Under the pieces are notes generated by a model, which searched no databases, was not told where the DNA came from, and worked only from the letters and a program-made list of their open reading frames with translations. The position numbers and the translations under genes are program-made. 64,000 bases of DNA from positions 2,912,001-2,976,000 of the forward strand of contig OY762897.2 of NCBI GenBank assembly GCA_963666515.2, given 5' to 3'. This DNA is from Candidatus Binatia bacterium. Its GTDB lineage: Bacteria; Desulfobacterota; Binatia; UBA9968; JAJDTQ01. Numbering within the stretch: the first letter of the stretch is position 1; each line of letters starts with the position of its first letter. Positions 41,166 to 51,058 of this stretch are shown here, piece after piece.

Positions 41166-42029
41166 TTACGGCTCGCGCCCTCCCAGTATCCTGTTGTCGA
41201 TGAGGCGGGCCTCGCCCACCCAGGCGCACAGCGCCAGCAGCGTGGGGCCGTTCACCTCTTCCACCGGATGCAGTTCCCCGGGGTCGCAGAGGTCGGCGTA
41301 CTCCAGCCGGACCAGGGATTGGCGGGATATCTCCTCCACCACGGCCTCCCGGATCCGCCGGGCCGCGGTCTCGCCGCCGCGCACCAGCGCCTCCGCCTTC
41401 GCCAGGGCGCTTTGAAGGCACTGCGCGGCCTCGCGTTCGGCCGGCCCCAGGTAGCGGTTGCGGGAACTCATGGCGACGCCGTCGGGCTCACGCACGGTGG
41501 AGCACTCGACGATGTCCACGTCCACGTTCAGGTCCTCGGTCATCCGCCGGATCACCCGGAGCTGCTGATAGTCCTTCAGCCCGAACACGGCCGCGTGGGG
41601 CCGCACGATGTTGAAGAGCTTAAGCACCACCGTGGCCACGCCGCGGAAATGGCCCGGCCGGTGGGCGCCGCAGAGCGGGCGGCTGACCTCCTCCACGTCC
41701 ACGTAGGTCTGATACCCGCGCGGGTACACGTCCTCGGCCGCGGGATTGAACAGCAGGTCCACTCCTTCCTCGGTCAGCAGACACACGTCACGCTCCAGGT
41801 CCCGCGGGTAGCTGTCGAAGTCCTCGGAGGGAGCGAACTGCGTCGGGTTGGCGAAGATGGACACCACCAAGGAGTCGCCGTGGCGCCTGCCCTGGCGCAC
41901 GAGGCTCAGGTGGCCTTCGTGCAGGAAGCCCATGGTGGGTACCAGGACGACGCGCTTCCCCTCGCGCCGGGCGTTGCCGCTCCATGCCTGCATTTCGGGG
42001 ACGGCGCGGATGATGGGGAGTGTGTCCAT
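41166..42029 (-). CDS. panC: Pantoate-beta-alanine ligase
   Basis: VPTMGFLHEGH, RPGHFRGV, FGLKDYQQ, AMSSRN, RLIDN. Confidence 0.96.
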   Translation of the reverse strand: MDTLPIIRAVPEMQAWSGNARREGKRVVLVPTMGFLHEGHLSLVRQGRRHGDSLVVSIFANPTQFAPSEDFDSYPRDLERDVCLLTEEGVDLLFNPAAEDVYPRGYQTYVDVEEVSRPLCGAHRPGHFRGVATVVLKLFNIVRPHAAVFGLKDYQQLRVIRRMTEDLNVDVDIVECSTVREPDGVAMSSRNRYLGPAEREAAQCLQSALAKAEALVRGGETAARRIREAVVEEISRQSLVRLEYADLCDPGELHPVEEVNGPTLLALCAWVGEARLIDNRILGGREP

Positions 42030-42063
42030 GGAGCGAGGTTTGGAATGGCGCCCTGGCCCGGGC

Positions 42064-42867
42064 TCACTGGAAGGCGTGCTCCTCCGCCGGGAAGGCCTCC
42101 GTCCGCACCTCTTCCATGTAGCTCTGCACCGCGCCGCCGATGGTGTCCTTGAGGTTGGCGTAGCGTTTGACGAACTTGGGCGTGAAGTCGTCGAACAGGC
42201 CCAGCATGTCGTGGACCACGAGGATCTGCCCGTCGCAGTGCACGCCGGCGCCGATGCCGATGGTGGGAATGGACAGGCGCTGGGTGATCTCCCTGGCAAG
42301 CTGTACCGGAATGCCTTCCAGCACCACCGAGAACGCCCCGGCCTGCTCCACCGCCATGGCGTCGTCGAGGATGGCCCGGGCATCGGCCTCGCCGCGGCCC
42401 TGGATCCGGTAGCCGCCGAACTGGTGCACCGACTGGGGGGTGAGGCCCACGTGGCCCATGACCGGCACGCCCATCTTCACCAGCGCCTCGATGGTGGCGG
42501 CCTGGGTGACGCCTCCTTCCAGCTTGACGGACTCCGCGCCCCCTTCCTGGACCAGCCTGCCGGCGTTGCGCTTGGCGTCGTCCACGCCGAGTTGGAACGT
42601 CATGAACGGCATGTCCGCCACCACCAGGGCGCGCCGCCGTCCCCGGATCACCGCCCGGGTGTGGTAGATGATGTCTTCGACCGTTACCGGCAGCGTGCTG
42701 TCGTGTCCCTGCACCACCGAGCCCAGGGAGTCGCCGACCAGGAGGAGTTGGACGCCGGACTCGTCCAGGATGCGGGCGAAACAGTAGTCATAGGCCGTGA
42801 GGCAGACGATCTTCTCGCCTCGTTCCTTCATGTTCCGTATTTCCGGCACGGTCATTTTCCGTCCCAT
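42064..42867 (-). CDS. panB: 3-methyl-2-oxobutanoate hydroxymethyltransferase
   Basis: [33 protein letters not shown]; RBS AGGAGG. Confidence 0.96.
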   Translation of the reverse strand: MGRKMTVPEIRNMKERGEKIVCLTAYDYCFARILDESGVQLLLVGDSLGSVVQGHDSTLPVTVEDIIYHTRAVIRGRRRALVVADMPFMTFQLGVDDAKRNAGRLVQEGGAESVKLEGGVTQAATIEALVKMGVPVMGHVGLTPQSVHQFGGYRIQGRGEADARAILDDAMAVEQAGAFSVVLEGIPVQLAREITQRLSIPTIGIGAGVHCDGQILVVHDMLGLFDDFTPKFVKRYANLKDTIGGAVQSYMEEVRTEAFPAEEHAFQ

Positions 42868-42896
42868 CGGCAATCCTCCTCAAGACGACCCTCAAC

Positions 42897-42926
42897 AAAA
42901 AAGCCTCCCGGACCGATCCGGAAGGC
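42897..42926 (-). terminator. Leader (attenuator) intrinsic terminator upstream of panB
   Basis: GCCUUCCGGA-UCGG-UCCGGGAGGC followed by U6, about 30 nt before the panB start. Confidence 0.75.
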
Positions 42927-42969
42927 CATCCCGCTACCGTTGGAGACGATAGGCGCCAGAATGTCTCAT

Positions 42970-43006
42970 CCGTCTCGGTCCGGCTCCCCCGGATCCAAGC
43001 GGCAGT
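42970..43006 (-). promoter_or_regulatory. pan RNA motif (cis-regulatory leader)
   Basis: ACUGCCGCUUGGAUCC-GGGGGAGCC-GGACCGAGACGG in the panB leader matches my recollection of the pan motif core; not checked against a covariance model. Confidence 0.7.
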
Positions 43007-43166
43007 TCCCGTCCTCCCGGCTCTCCCTTCGTGGAGTCGGCCGGCTCAGCCTGGCCGCTCCGGAGCTTTCCGGAAAGATGGAGGGATACTAGCGCGAAGC
43101 GCGCGGAAAGTCCAGCGTCGATTCGTCTCGTTCGGGACCGAAGTCGCGAGGGGCGGCGCGACCGGT

Positions 43167-44510
43167 TCACGGCAGCTTGTAGGAGCTGTCCTCGATGAGC
43201 CTTCGGAGGTCCTGGCGGAACTCGCCGCGCCACTTGGAGAGGATTACGTCGGCGGGGCACAGCCCTTGCTGCACGAGGTCGCGCAACGCCTTCAGGTGGA
43301 TGGTCTCGTCCTCGCCGCGCTTGTTCAGGGCGCGCTGGCGCACCAGCCCTTCCCAGGCGATGTCGACCATCTCCTTCGCCAGGTCGCCGAGGGAGTAGCG
43401 GCGGAACCGGGCCGCCACGCCGTCCCGGTGAGAGTCGTGATACGCGGTCATCCGCTCGTCGAAAGACCACCCCTTGACCAAGTCCCACGCGGCTCCGAGG
43501 CAGTCGCCGTCGTAGAAGATGCCCTTGATGAGCGCCGGCAGCGCCGGCATCAGCTCCGGCGCCTGGCTGTCGGCGGAGCGGAACTCCATGTAGTGCTTCA
43601 GCCGCACCTCCGGGAACAGCGTGGTCAGATGAAGCTGCCAGTCCGCCATGGTGGCGTGGTGGCCCTGGTGCCCCTGCTCCAGGAAGTGGCGGAACGGAAT
43701 CCCGGTCATGTCCAGGTACTGCCCGTCCCGCGAGATCAGGTACATGGGCACGTCGAGGGCGTACTCCACGTAGTGGTGGAAGGTCGCGTCGGGGGAGAAG
43801 CAGAACTCCAGGAGCCCGCACCGGTCCGGGTCCGTGCGGGTCCAGATGTGGCCCCGGTAGCTCTTGAAGCCGTTGGGCTTGCCGTCCGAGATCGGCGAGT
43901 TGGCGAACGCTGCGCCGATGACCGGCGCCAGACCCATGGCGGTCCGCAGCTTGGCCATGCCGTCCTGCTCGTCGCCGTAGTCGATGTTGGCCTGGACGGT
44001 GGCGGTCTGCTTCATCATGCGGTGGCCCAGGGCGCCCACCCTGGCCATGTACGGCCCCATGATGCGATAGCGCCGCTTGGGCAGCCACTCGATCTCGTCG
44101 ACGCGGCTGAAGGGCTGGATCCCCAGACCCAGGAATACCACGTCGAACCGGCCGGCCACGTCGATCAATTCGCGGATGTGCTGGGAGAACTCGGCGTTGC
44201 TGCAGTGAATGTCGTCGCAGGGTTCCCCGCTCAACTCGATCTGCCCCCCGGGCTCCAGGGTGACGGCGTGGTTGCCGCGCTTCAGCCCGATGATGAAGCC
44301 TTCTTCCTCCTGCGGCTCCCAGCCGTAGTCGCTCACCAGGCCTTCGAGGATGATCCGCACGCCGCGCGGCCCGGAATAGGAAAGCGCCCTGGCCGTGTCC
44401 CGCTCGATGCCCACCTTCTCGTACTCGGTGCCCACGCGCCACTGCTCTCGGGGCTTGCCGGAGTCGTGGAAGAAGGCTTCCAACTCGTTCTGTCGCTCGA
44501 TCACGGACAT
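43167..44510 (-). CDS. gshA: Glutamate-cysteine ligase (GCS2/plant-like)
   Basis: RVGTEYEK, TLEPGGQIELSG, PKRRYRIM, HLTTLFPEVRLK. Confidence 0.9.
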   Translation of the reverse strand: MSVIERQNELEAFFHDSGKPREQWRVGTEYEKVGIERDTARALSYSGPRGVRIILEGLVSDYGWEPQEEEGFIIGLKRGNHAVTLEPGGQIELSGEPCDDIHCSNAEFSQHIRELIDVAGRFDVVFLGLGIQPFSRVDEIEWLPKRRYRIMGPYMARVGALGHRMMKQTATVQANIDYGDEQDGMAKLRTAMGLAPVIGAAFANSPISDGKPNGFKSYRGHIWTRTDPDRCGLLEFCFSPDATFHHYVEYALDVPMYLISRDGQYLDMTGIPFRHFLEQGHQGHHATMADWQLHLTTLFPEVRLKHYMEFRSADSQAPELMPALPALIKGIFYDGDCLGAAWDLVKGWSFDERMTAYHDSHRDGVAARFRRYSLGDLAKEMVDIAWEGLVRQRALNKRGEDETIHLKALRDLVQQGLCPADVILSKWRGEFRQDLRRLIEDSSYKLP

Positions 44511-44547
44511 CGTGCGGGTCCCGAAAACACCGTGCCGCCCGGCGCGC

Positions 44548-45585
44548 CTAGCGCGCGCAGACCTCCCGCAGACTCTTCCGGTAGGGCGCGGTGACCACCG
44601 CCTTCTCCGTGATGATGGCCGAGACCAGCGAATGATCGGTTACGTCGAAGGCCGGGTTCAGGATATTCACCCCGTCCGGGGCGATGCGGCTCCCGCCGAT
44701 GTGAGTGACCTCATCGTCGCTGCGCTGCTCGATGGGTATGTCGGCCCCGGACGGACAGCCCAGGTCCACGGTGGAGGTGGGGCACGCCACGTAGAAGGGG
44801 ACGCGGTGCCTTCGGGCCAGCACCGCCACCGTGTAGGTGCCGATCTTGTTGGCCACGTCACCGTTGGCGGCCACACGGTCCGCTCCCACCACCACGGCGT
44901 CGACGCGGTTCTGCTTCATCACGTAACCCATCATGTTGTCGGTGATGAGGGTTACCGGGATGTCCTCCTTGCGCAACTCCCAGGCCGTCAGCCGGGCGCC
45001 CTGCAGGAAAGGGCGGGTCTCGTCCACGAACACTTCGTCGATGGCCGCGCCGGATTCCTTCATCGCCCGCAGCACCCCCAGGGCGGTGCCGTAGCCGGCG
45101 GTGGCCAGGGCGCCGGCGTTGCAGTGGGTCAGAATGCGCCGGGAGTCCTTCAGCAGAGCGGCGCCGAAGCCGCCGAGCCTGCGGTTGGCGGCGATGTCGT
45201 CCTCGTAGATATCCAGGGCCTCTTCCTCCAGCCGCCGCTTCAGCGACTCCAGATCGCCGTTCCTGTTCTCCTCGTAGACCCGCCGCATGCGCGCCAGCGC
45301 CCAATGAAGGTTCACCGCGGTGGGCCGGGTGTCTTCCAGGGTGCGGAAAACCCGTTCCATGATCGACTCGACGGACTTGGGATGCCTGATGCGGTACGCC
45401 CCCAGGGCGACGCCCATGGCCGCGGCGACGCCGATGGCAGGAGCGCCGCGAACGACCATGGTGCGGATCGCCTGGGCAACCTGCCGGTAGGTGCGGCAGA
45501 CCCGGTACTCCTCCTTGCGGGGGAGCCGCCGCTGGTCGATGAGGCTCACCTCGCCGGGCCGCCATTGAATCGTCCGTACGTTCAT
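44548..45585 (-). CDS. mtnA: Methylthioribose-1-phosphate isomerase
   Basis: [48 protein letters not shown]. Confidence 0.95.
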   Translation of the reverse strand: MNVRTIQWRPGEVSLIDQRRLPRKEEYRVCRTYRQVAQAIRTMVVRGAPAIGVAAAMGVALGAYRIRHPKSVESIMERVFRTLEDTRPTAVNLHWALARMRRVYEENRNGDLESLKRRLEEEALDIYEDDIAANRRLGGFGAALLKDSRRILTHCNAGALATAGYGTALGVLRAMKESGAAIDEVFVDETRPFLQGARLTAWELRKEDIPVTLITDNMMGYVMKQNRVDAVVVGADRVAANGDVANKIGTYTVAVLARRHRVPFYVACPTSTVDLGCPSGADIPIEQRSDDEVTHIGGSRIAPDGVNILNPAFDVTDHSLVSAIITEKAVVTAPYRKSLREVCAR

Positions 45586-45688
45586 GTCCGGTCTCTCGAA
45601 AAACTCGAAGAAACAACTCGAATATAGTACGCAGAGGACGGCGGTCAAGGGGCGCTCAAGGACGCTGCCGCACCAGTCGATGCGGGCG

Positions 45689-45731
45689 CCCTCACCCGGC
45701 CCTCGGCCACCCTCTCCCGGAGGAAGTGGGG
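45689..45731. repeat. Degenerate REP-like element (CCCTCACCC...CCCTCTCCC type)
   Basis: CCCTCACCCGGCCCTCGGCCACCCTCTCCCGGAGGAAGTGGGG just past the ftsZ stop; single copy in the window. Confidence 0.4.
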
Positions 45732-45741
45732 CTGGATGCTC

Positions 45742-46971
45742 CTAGTCCATCCGTTTGCGCAGGAACGTCGGGATGTCGAATTCGTCGTCGGCCACCTCGT
45801 CTTCCTTCAGCTCGTAGGTGACCTGTGCCGCGCTCGAATCCTGGCCCTGGTCCCCCGCCGCCCAACTGGGCTCGCCGAACCCGTCGTCCTCCAGAGTGCC
45901 CAGGTGGACGACCTTCTTGCCCCTGGTATCCTTGGTACCCAGCCCCAGCGATCCCTGCTTCTGCGCCGGCGCCTGCCGCTGTTCCGCGGGCGCGGGGACC
46001 GGCTCCCGGACCCCGCCGTCGCCGAACCCGGTGGCGATGACCGTGATCCGAAGCTCCTCCCCGAGCGTTTCGTCGATGACGGCGCCGAAGATGATGGTCG
46101 CGTCGTCGTGGGCTTCACCCTGGATCAGGGTGGCGGCCTCGTTGACCTCGAACAGGCTCATGTCCGGGCCGCCGGTCACGTTGATCAGGACGCCGCGGGC
46201 GCCGTTGATGGAAACGTCCTCCAGCAACGGACTGGAGATGGCCTGCTGGGCCGCCTCCAGCGCGCGGTTCTCGCCCGAAGCGACGGCCGCTCCCATGAGG
46301 GCGAATCCCATTTCCTTCATCACCGTGCGGACGTCCGCAAAGTCGAGGTTGATCAGCCCGGGCGTCACGATGAGGTCGGCGATGCCCCGGACCGCCTGCT
46401 TCACCACGCTGTCGGCCACCTTGAAGGTCTCCAGCAGGGTCGTGGACTTGCCGGCGATGCTGAGGAGCCGCTGGTTCGGGATGACCACGAGGGTATCCAC
46501 CTTCTCCTTGAGTTCCCGGATCCCTTCCTCCGCCTGTTGCATGCGCCGCTTCCCTTCGAAGATGAAGGGTTTGGTCACCACGCCGACGGTGAGCGCGCCC
46601 ACTTCCCGCGCCACGCTGGCGATGACCGGCGCGCCGCCGGTGCCCGTGCCTCCGCCCATGCCGGCGGTGATGAAGATCATGTCCGCGCCCGAAAGGTATT
46701 CGCGGATGCGCTCCTTGTCCTCCATCGCCGCGCGCCGGCCCACGTCGGGGTTGGCGCCGGCGCCGAGTCCCTTGGTCAGGGAGTCGCCGATCTGTATCTT
46801 GATCTCCGCCCTGCTGGCGTCCAGCGCCTGGCTGTCCGTGTTGGCCACGATGAAATCCACACCCTTGAGCCCTTCCTCGATCATGGTGTTGATCGCATTG
46901 CCGCCGCCGCCGCCGATGCCGATGGCCTTGATCCGCGCACCGGAATCAATCGGTTCCACCATCTCGAACAT
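45742..46971 (-). CDS. ftsZ: Cell division protein FtsZ
   Basis: [26 protein letters not shown]-terminal DIPTFLRK. Confidence 0.98.
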   Translation of the reverse strand: MFEMVEPIDSGARIKAIGIGGGGGNAINTMIEEGLKGVDFIVANTDSQALDASRAEIKIQIGDSLTKGLGAGANPDVGRRAAMEDKERIREYLSGADMIFITAGMGGGTGTGGAPVIASVAREVGALTVGVVTKPFIFEGKRRMQQAEEGIRELKEKVDTLVVIPNQRLLSIAGKSTTLLETFKVADSVVKQAVRGIADLIVTPGLINLDFADVRTVMKEMGFALMGAAVASGENRALEAAQQAISSPLLEDVSINGARGVLINVTGGPDMSLFEVNEAATLIQGEAHDDATIIFGAVIDETLGEELRITVIATGFGDGGVREPVPAPAEQRQAPAQKQGSLGLGTKDTRGKKVVHLGTLEDDGFGEPSWAAGDQGQDSSAAQVTYELKEDEVADDEFDIPTFLRKRMD

Positions 46972-47066
46972 TGCACTTCCTCCTTTTGTCCCCTGGCAAG
47001 CCGTCGTTGCCGTCTCGCCCCTGTCGTTTCATCGGGAGCGGACCCAGTCCGTTCCCGCCTTTTTCC

Positions 47067-48296
47067 CTAGAAGAATTCCTTGAACCACTCCGTCATGCGG
47101 CCCCGGACCTTGTAGAACAGGTGGTCGTTGTCGCGGATCCGGAACAGGTTCCTGTCCTGCTGTCCGAGGCCGTACAGGAGCAGCCCGGTGCCGGTGGCGT
47201 AGACCGGACTGGACACCACGTCCACCAATCCCGTGATGTTGGCGGGCAGGCCCTGGCGCACCGGCACGTTGAAGATCCGCTCCGCCATCTCGATGATCCC
47301 GGGCAGGAGCGTGGAGCCGCCGGTCATCACGACGCCCGACACCAGGAAGTCCTCGCAACCGGACTTGGCGATCTCCCGCTGCACCAGGTGGAAGATCTCC
47401 TCCAGGCGCGGCTCGATGATCTCGCACAGGATCTGACGCGACACCGAGCGCGGGCTCCGCCCCCCCACGCTGGGCACTTCCAGCGTCTCGTTGCGGTTGG
47501 CCACGTCGGTCTCCACGCACCCGTAGCGCTGCTTCAACTGCTCCGCGGCCGCCATCGGCGCATGCAGGCCGGCGGCGATGTCGCCGGTGAGGTGGTTCCC
47601 TCCCACGCTCAGCACCGCGGTGTGCTTGACCGAGCCGCCGTGGAACAGCGCGATGTCGGTGGTGCCGCCGCCCATGTCCACCAGCGCCACCCCCACCTCC
47701 TTCTCTTCCTGGGTCAGGGTGGCGTCCGCGGACGCCAGCGGCTCGAGCACGAAGTCCGCCACGTTGAGCCCGGACCGATTGCAGCACTTGATGACGTTCT
47801 GTGCCGCGGCCACGGCGCCGGTGACGATGTGCACGCTGGCCTCGAGCCGCACCCCGGCCATGCCCCGGGGCTCCTGGATGCCGCCCTGGCCGTCGAGGGC
47901 GAATTCCTGCGGCAACACGTGGAGCACCTCCCGGTCCATGGGGATGGCCACCGCCTTGGCGGCGTCGATGACCCGGTCCACGTCGGCGTCGGTCACTTCC
48001 CGGTTCTTGACCGCCACGACGCCGTGGCTGTTGAACCCGCGGACGTGGCCGCCGGCGATGCCGGCGAAGACGGTGTTGATCTCGCAGCCGGCCATGATCT
48101 CGGCCTCCTCCACCGCCTTCTTGATGCCTTCCATGGTGGCCTCGACGTTGATCACCACGCCCTTCCGCAAGCCGCGCGACGGGTGTATCCCGACCCCCAC
48201 CACCTCCGGCCCCTGCTCGGTCTGCTCTCCCACCACCGCGCAGATCTTGTGGGTCCCGATATCGAGCCCGACAACGACGTTGGTCTTCTTAGCCAT
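47067..48296 (-). CDS. ftsA: Cell division protein FtsA
   Basis: GLDIGTHKI, VDMGGGTT, C-terminal WFKEFF. Confidence 0.97.
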   Translation of the reverse strand: MAKKTNVVVGLDIGTHKICAVVGEQTEQGPEVVGVGIHPSRGLRKGVVINVEATMEGIKKAVEEAEIMAGCEINTVFAGIAGGHVRGFNSHGVVAVKNREVTDADVDRVIDAAKAVAIPMDREVLHVLPQEFALDGQGGIQEPRGMAGVRLEASVHIVTGAVAAAQNVIKCCNRSGLNVADFVLEPLASADATLTQEEKEVGVALVDMGGGTTDIALFHGGSVKHTAVLSVGGNHLTGDIAAGLHAPMAAAEQLKQRYGCVETDVANRNETLEVPSVGGRSPRSVSRQILCEIIEPRLEEIFHLVQREIAKSGCEDFLVSGVVMTGGSTLLPGIIEMAERIFNVPVRQGLPANITGLVDVVSSPVYATGTGLLLYGLGQQDRNLFRIRDNDHLFYKVRGRMTEWFKEFF

Positions 48297-48334
48297 GTAT
48301 CTTCCCGCCTCTTTCGTTGCTCCCGTACATCGGA

Positions 48335-49174
48335 TCAGGCCCTTCCCCTCCGGCGCGCCACCACCCGCCCGCTGAAGCTCAGGTCAACCGCCCGGAAACG
48401 GACCTCCCGTCCCTGGAACTCCTTCAGGAACCACTGCAACCGGCTCAGCTTCCCGTCCCAGTCGCCCCAGCCCATGTGGAACGGCACCGGGTAGGAAACC
48501 GGATAGAGGACGACGCCGCCGCCGGGCTGGAAACGGATCTCGGACACGCCAAGAGCGGTCCGCTCCACCGTCCGTCCCAGGGCCACGGCCTGCGACAGCT
48601 TCTTCCGCGTGGCCGGCTCCCGCGGCGGAAGCTGCGCGGCCCGCAGGCCGGTGATGAAGGGAAAGTCCACGGACTCCTCTTCGTCGAGGGCCTTGAAGAT
48701 CACGCCGCCGTCGGACACGTAGTACAGCTTGTCCAGGGCGACGATGGCCGCAGGGCTCCATTCCTCGATGGTGATCACCAGGCGCGCCGGCAGTTCCCGC
48801 CGTATCAGCACCGTCTTGACCCAAGGATGCCGCCGCACCCGCTCCTCCAACTCGGTGGGGTCGATGCTCCAGATCCGGGTGTGCGCCCCCAGCCCCGACA
48901 TCACCACGATGTCCGCGCCCTTGACCTTCTCCGCCCCCAGCACCTTGACCTCCCGGATGGCGAAATAGGGGTGCGCCAGAAAGAAGCCCGAAGCCTTCCG
49001 GGCCGCGGTCTTCACGCCGCCGGCGGCGTTTTCCAGCGACCACCGCGCGTGGCGGTAGATCTCCGCGGCGTATCCGAGGCACAGCCACCCGAGCAGCACC
49101 AGCGCGCACAGCGCCGCCAACGGTCTCGCGCGACGGCCGCCGGCCTTGACCCACCGGATCAAGCGCTCATCCAT
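48335..49174 (-). CDS. ftsQ: Cell division protein FtsQ/DivIB
   Basis: TM helix, POTRA-like region HPWVK..IRRELP..L.I.IEE; position in the dcw cluster. Confidence 0.9.
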   Translation of the reverse strand: MDERLIRWVKAGGRRARPLAALCALVLLGWLCLGYAAEIYRHARWSLENAAGGVKTAARKASGFFLAHPYFAIREVKVLGAEKVKGADIVVMSGLGAHTRIWSIDPTELEERVRRHPWVKTVLIRRELPARLVITIEEWSPAAIVALDKLYYVSDGGVIFKALDEEESVDFPFITGLRAAQLPPREPATRKKLSQAVALGRTVERTALGVSEIRFQPGGGVVLYPVSYPVPFHMGWGDWDGKLSRLQWFLKEFQGREVRFRAVDLSFSGRVVARRRGRA

Positions 49175-50150
49175 GGGCCACCTCCCGCGGCGGCCCGCCT
49201 TTCGAGCCCGCGGCCCGGTTCTTCAAGGCGGCGAGGTCGAGGATCCGCTCGACCAGCTCCCCGAAGCCGATGCCCGCTCCCGCAGCCATCTCCGGCAAGA
49301 GGCTCAGGGGGGTCATCCCCGGCAGCGTGTTGACCTCCAGGGCGTACAGCCGCCGTTCGGGCGAGACCCGGAAGTCCACCCGGGGGGCGCCTTCACACCC
49401 CAGCACGGCGCAGGCCCTGGCGGCCAGCCGCATGGCCTTGCGGTAGAGCGGACCCGGCAGCGGCGCCGGAAAGACGTGGGAGGCCATGCCCGAGGTGTAC
49501 TTGGTCTTGAAGTCGTAGAAGCCCTTCTTCGGCCTTATCTCGGTGACCCCCAGCGGCTCGCCGTTGAGGATCCCCACGGTGATTTCCTTGCCCGCCACGT
49601 AGCGCTCCACCAGCGCGTCCCGGTCGAATCTGCACGCCTCCGACACGGCCCGCGCCATGTCGCGGCGGCGGCGCACGATGGTGACGCCGATGCTGGAGCC
49701 CTCGGCCCGCGGCTTGACCACCACCGGCAGCGGCAGCGCCGACTCCTTCCAGCGGTCCCCGGCCACCACTTCGTAGGGCGGCGTGGGAATGCGGTTGCGC
49801 ACCAGCACCTGCTTGGCCAGCACCTTGTCCATGCACACCGCGGAGGCGGTGGCCCCCGAGCCGGTGTAGGGAATCCCCATGACCTCCAGCAGCCCCTGCA
49901 CGCAGCCATCCTCGCCGATCTTGCCGTGAAGCGCGTTGAAGACCACGTCGATCCGCCGCCTGCGGAGCTGCGCCGGCAGGTCCGATCCCGCGTCGATGAG
50001 AGACACCCCCCGGTAGCCGCGCCCGCGCAAGGCGCCGGCCACCTCCCGGCCCGATACCAGCGACACCTCACGCTCCGCCGAAGGGCCGCCGTACAGGACG
50101 CCTACGCGCCGGCTGCGATGCGTTCCCTGCCCCATGCTCATTGCGGCCAC
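49167..50150 (-). CDS. ddl: D-alanine-D-alanine ligase
   Basis: GGPSAEREVS, HGKIGEDG, EGSSIG, EVNTLPG; start uncertain. Confidence 0.96.
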   Translation of the reverse strand: MAAMSMGQGTHRSRRVGVLYGGPSAEREVSLVSGREVAGALRGRGYRGVSLIDAGSDLPAQLRRRRIDVVFNALHGKIGEDGCVQGLLEVMGIPYTGSGATASAVCMDKVLAKQVLVRNRIPTPPYEVVAGDRWKESALPLPVVVKPRAEGSSIGVTIVRRRRDMARAVSEACRFDRDALVERYVAGKEITVGILNGEPLGVTEIRPKKGFYDFKTKYTSGMASHVFPAPLPGPLYRKAMRLAARACAVLGCEGAPRVDFRVSPERRLYALEVNTLPGMTPLSLLPEMAAGAGIGFGELVERILDLAALKNRAAGSKGGPPREVAHG

Positions 50151-51058
50151 TCCCCGGCGAAACGGACCTCGGTCTGCAAGGTCACGGAGAACCGGCGCTC
50201 CACCTCGCGGCCCACCTGCTCGATCAGCCGGCGGACGTCCCGGGCGCTGGCGCCGCCGAGGTTGACGATGAAGTTGGCGTGCCGCGGGGACACCTCGGCC
50301 GCGCCCACGCGCAGCCCCTTGAGCCCCGACGCCTCGATCAGCCTTCCGGCGTAGTCTCCCGGCGGATTGCGGAAGACCGATCCGAAGTTCGGGTGCCCGG
50401 ACGGCTGGCTCTCCCTGCGCCGGGCCATGATGGCCCGCATGCGTCCATCCACCGCCTCCGGCGTCTCCGGCGTCAGCGCCATGCCGACGCGGGTGACGAT
50501 GGCCCCCTCGGGCAGCCGCGCCTGGCGATAGGAGAACCGCAGCTCGTCGCGTCCCAAGGCCAGCGGCTCACCGGCTGCGGTCATGGCATCAACCCTGCTC
50601 ACGACCCGCTCCATTTCCGATCCATAGGCGCCGGCGTTCATCACCAGCGAGCCGCCCACGCTGCCGGGAATGCCCTCGGCGAACTCCAGCCCGCCCAGCC
50701 CGCGGCGCACCGCCTCCCGCACCAGCCGGCTCACCGCCAGGGCGGCGCCCACGTCGGCCCCGGCCGCGTGCGCATGCCAGCGCACCCTGCGGAACTCTCC
50801 CCGCAGCCGCAGCACCGCGCCGCGCACGCCCCGGTCGCTGACCAGCAGGTTGCTGCCGTTGCCCAGCAGCAATACCGGCACGCCGCGGCCCTCCAGGACC
50901 CGCAGGCAGGCGGCCAGGCCCCGGCTCGTGTGCGCCTCGACGAAATAGTCCGCGGGGCCGCCGACCTTGAAGGAGGTGTAGCGGGCCAACGGCTCGCGCA
51001 CCTTGACCGAGGCGCCGGCGATGCGGCTCAACTCCCCGCTCAACCGGTCGGCCGTCAT
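50138..51058 (-). CDS. murB: UDP-N-acetylenolpyruvoylglucosamine reductase
   Basis: GNGSNLL, GIPGSVGG..MNAGAYG, GSVFRNP, HANF. Confidence 0.96.
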   Translation of the reverse strand: MTADRLSGELSRIAGASVKVREPLARYTSFKVGGPADYFVEAHTSRGLAACLRVLEGRGVPVLLLGNGSNLLVSDRGVRGAVLRLRGEFRRVRWHAHAAGADVGAALAVSRLVREAVRRGLGGLEFAEGIPGSVGGSLVMNAGAYGSEMERVVSRVDAMTAAGEPLALGRDELRFSYRQARLPEGAIVTRVGMALTPETPEAVDGRMRAIMARRRESQPSGHPNFGSVFRNPPGDYAGRLIEASGLKGLRVGAAEVSPRHANFIVNLGGASARDVRRLIEQVGREVERRFSVTLQTEVRFAGEWPQ

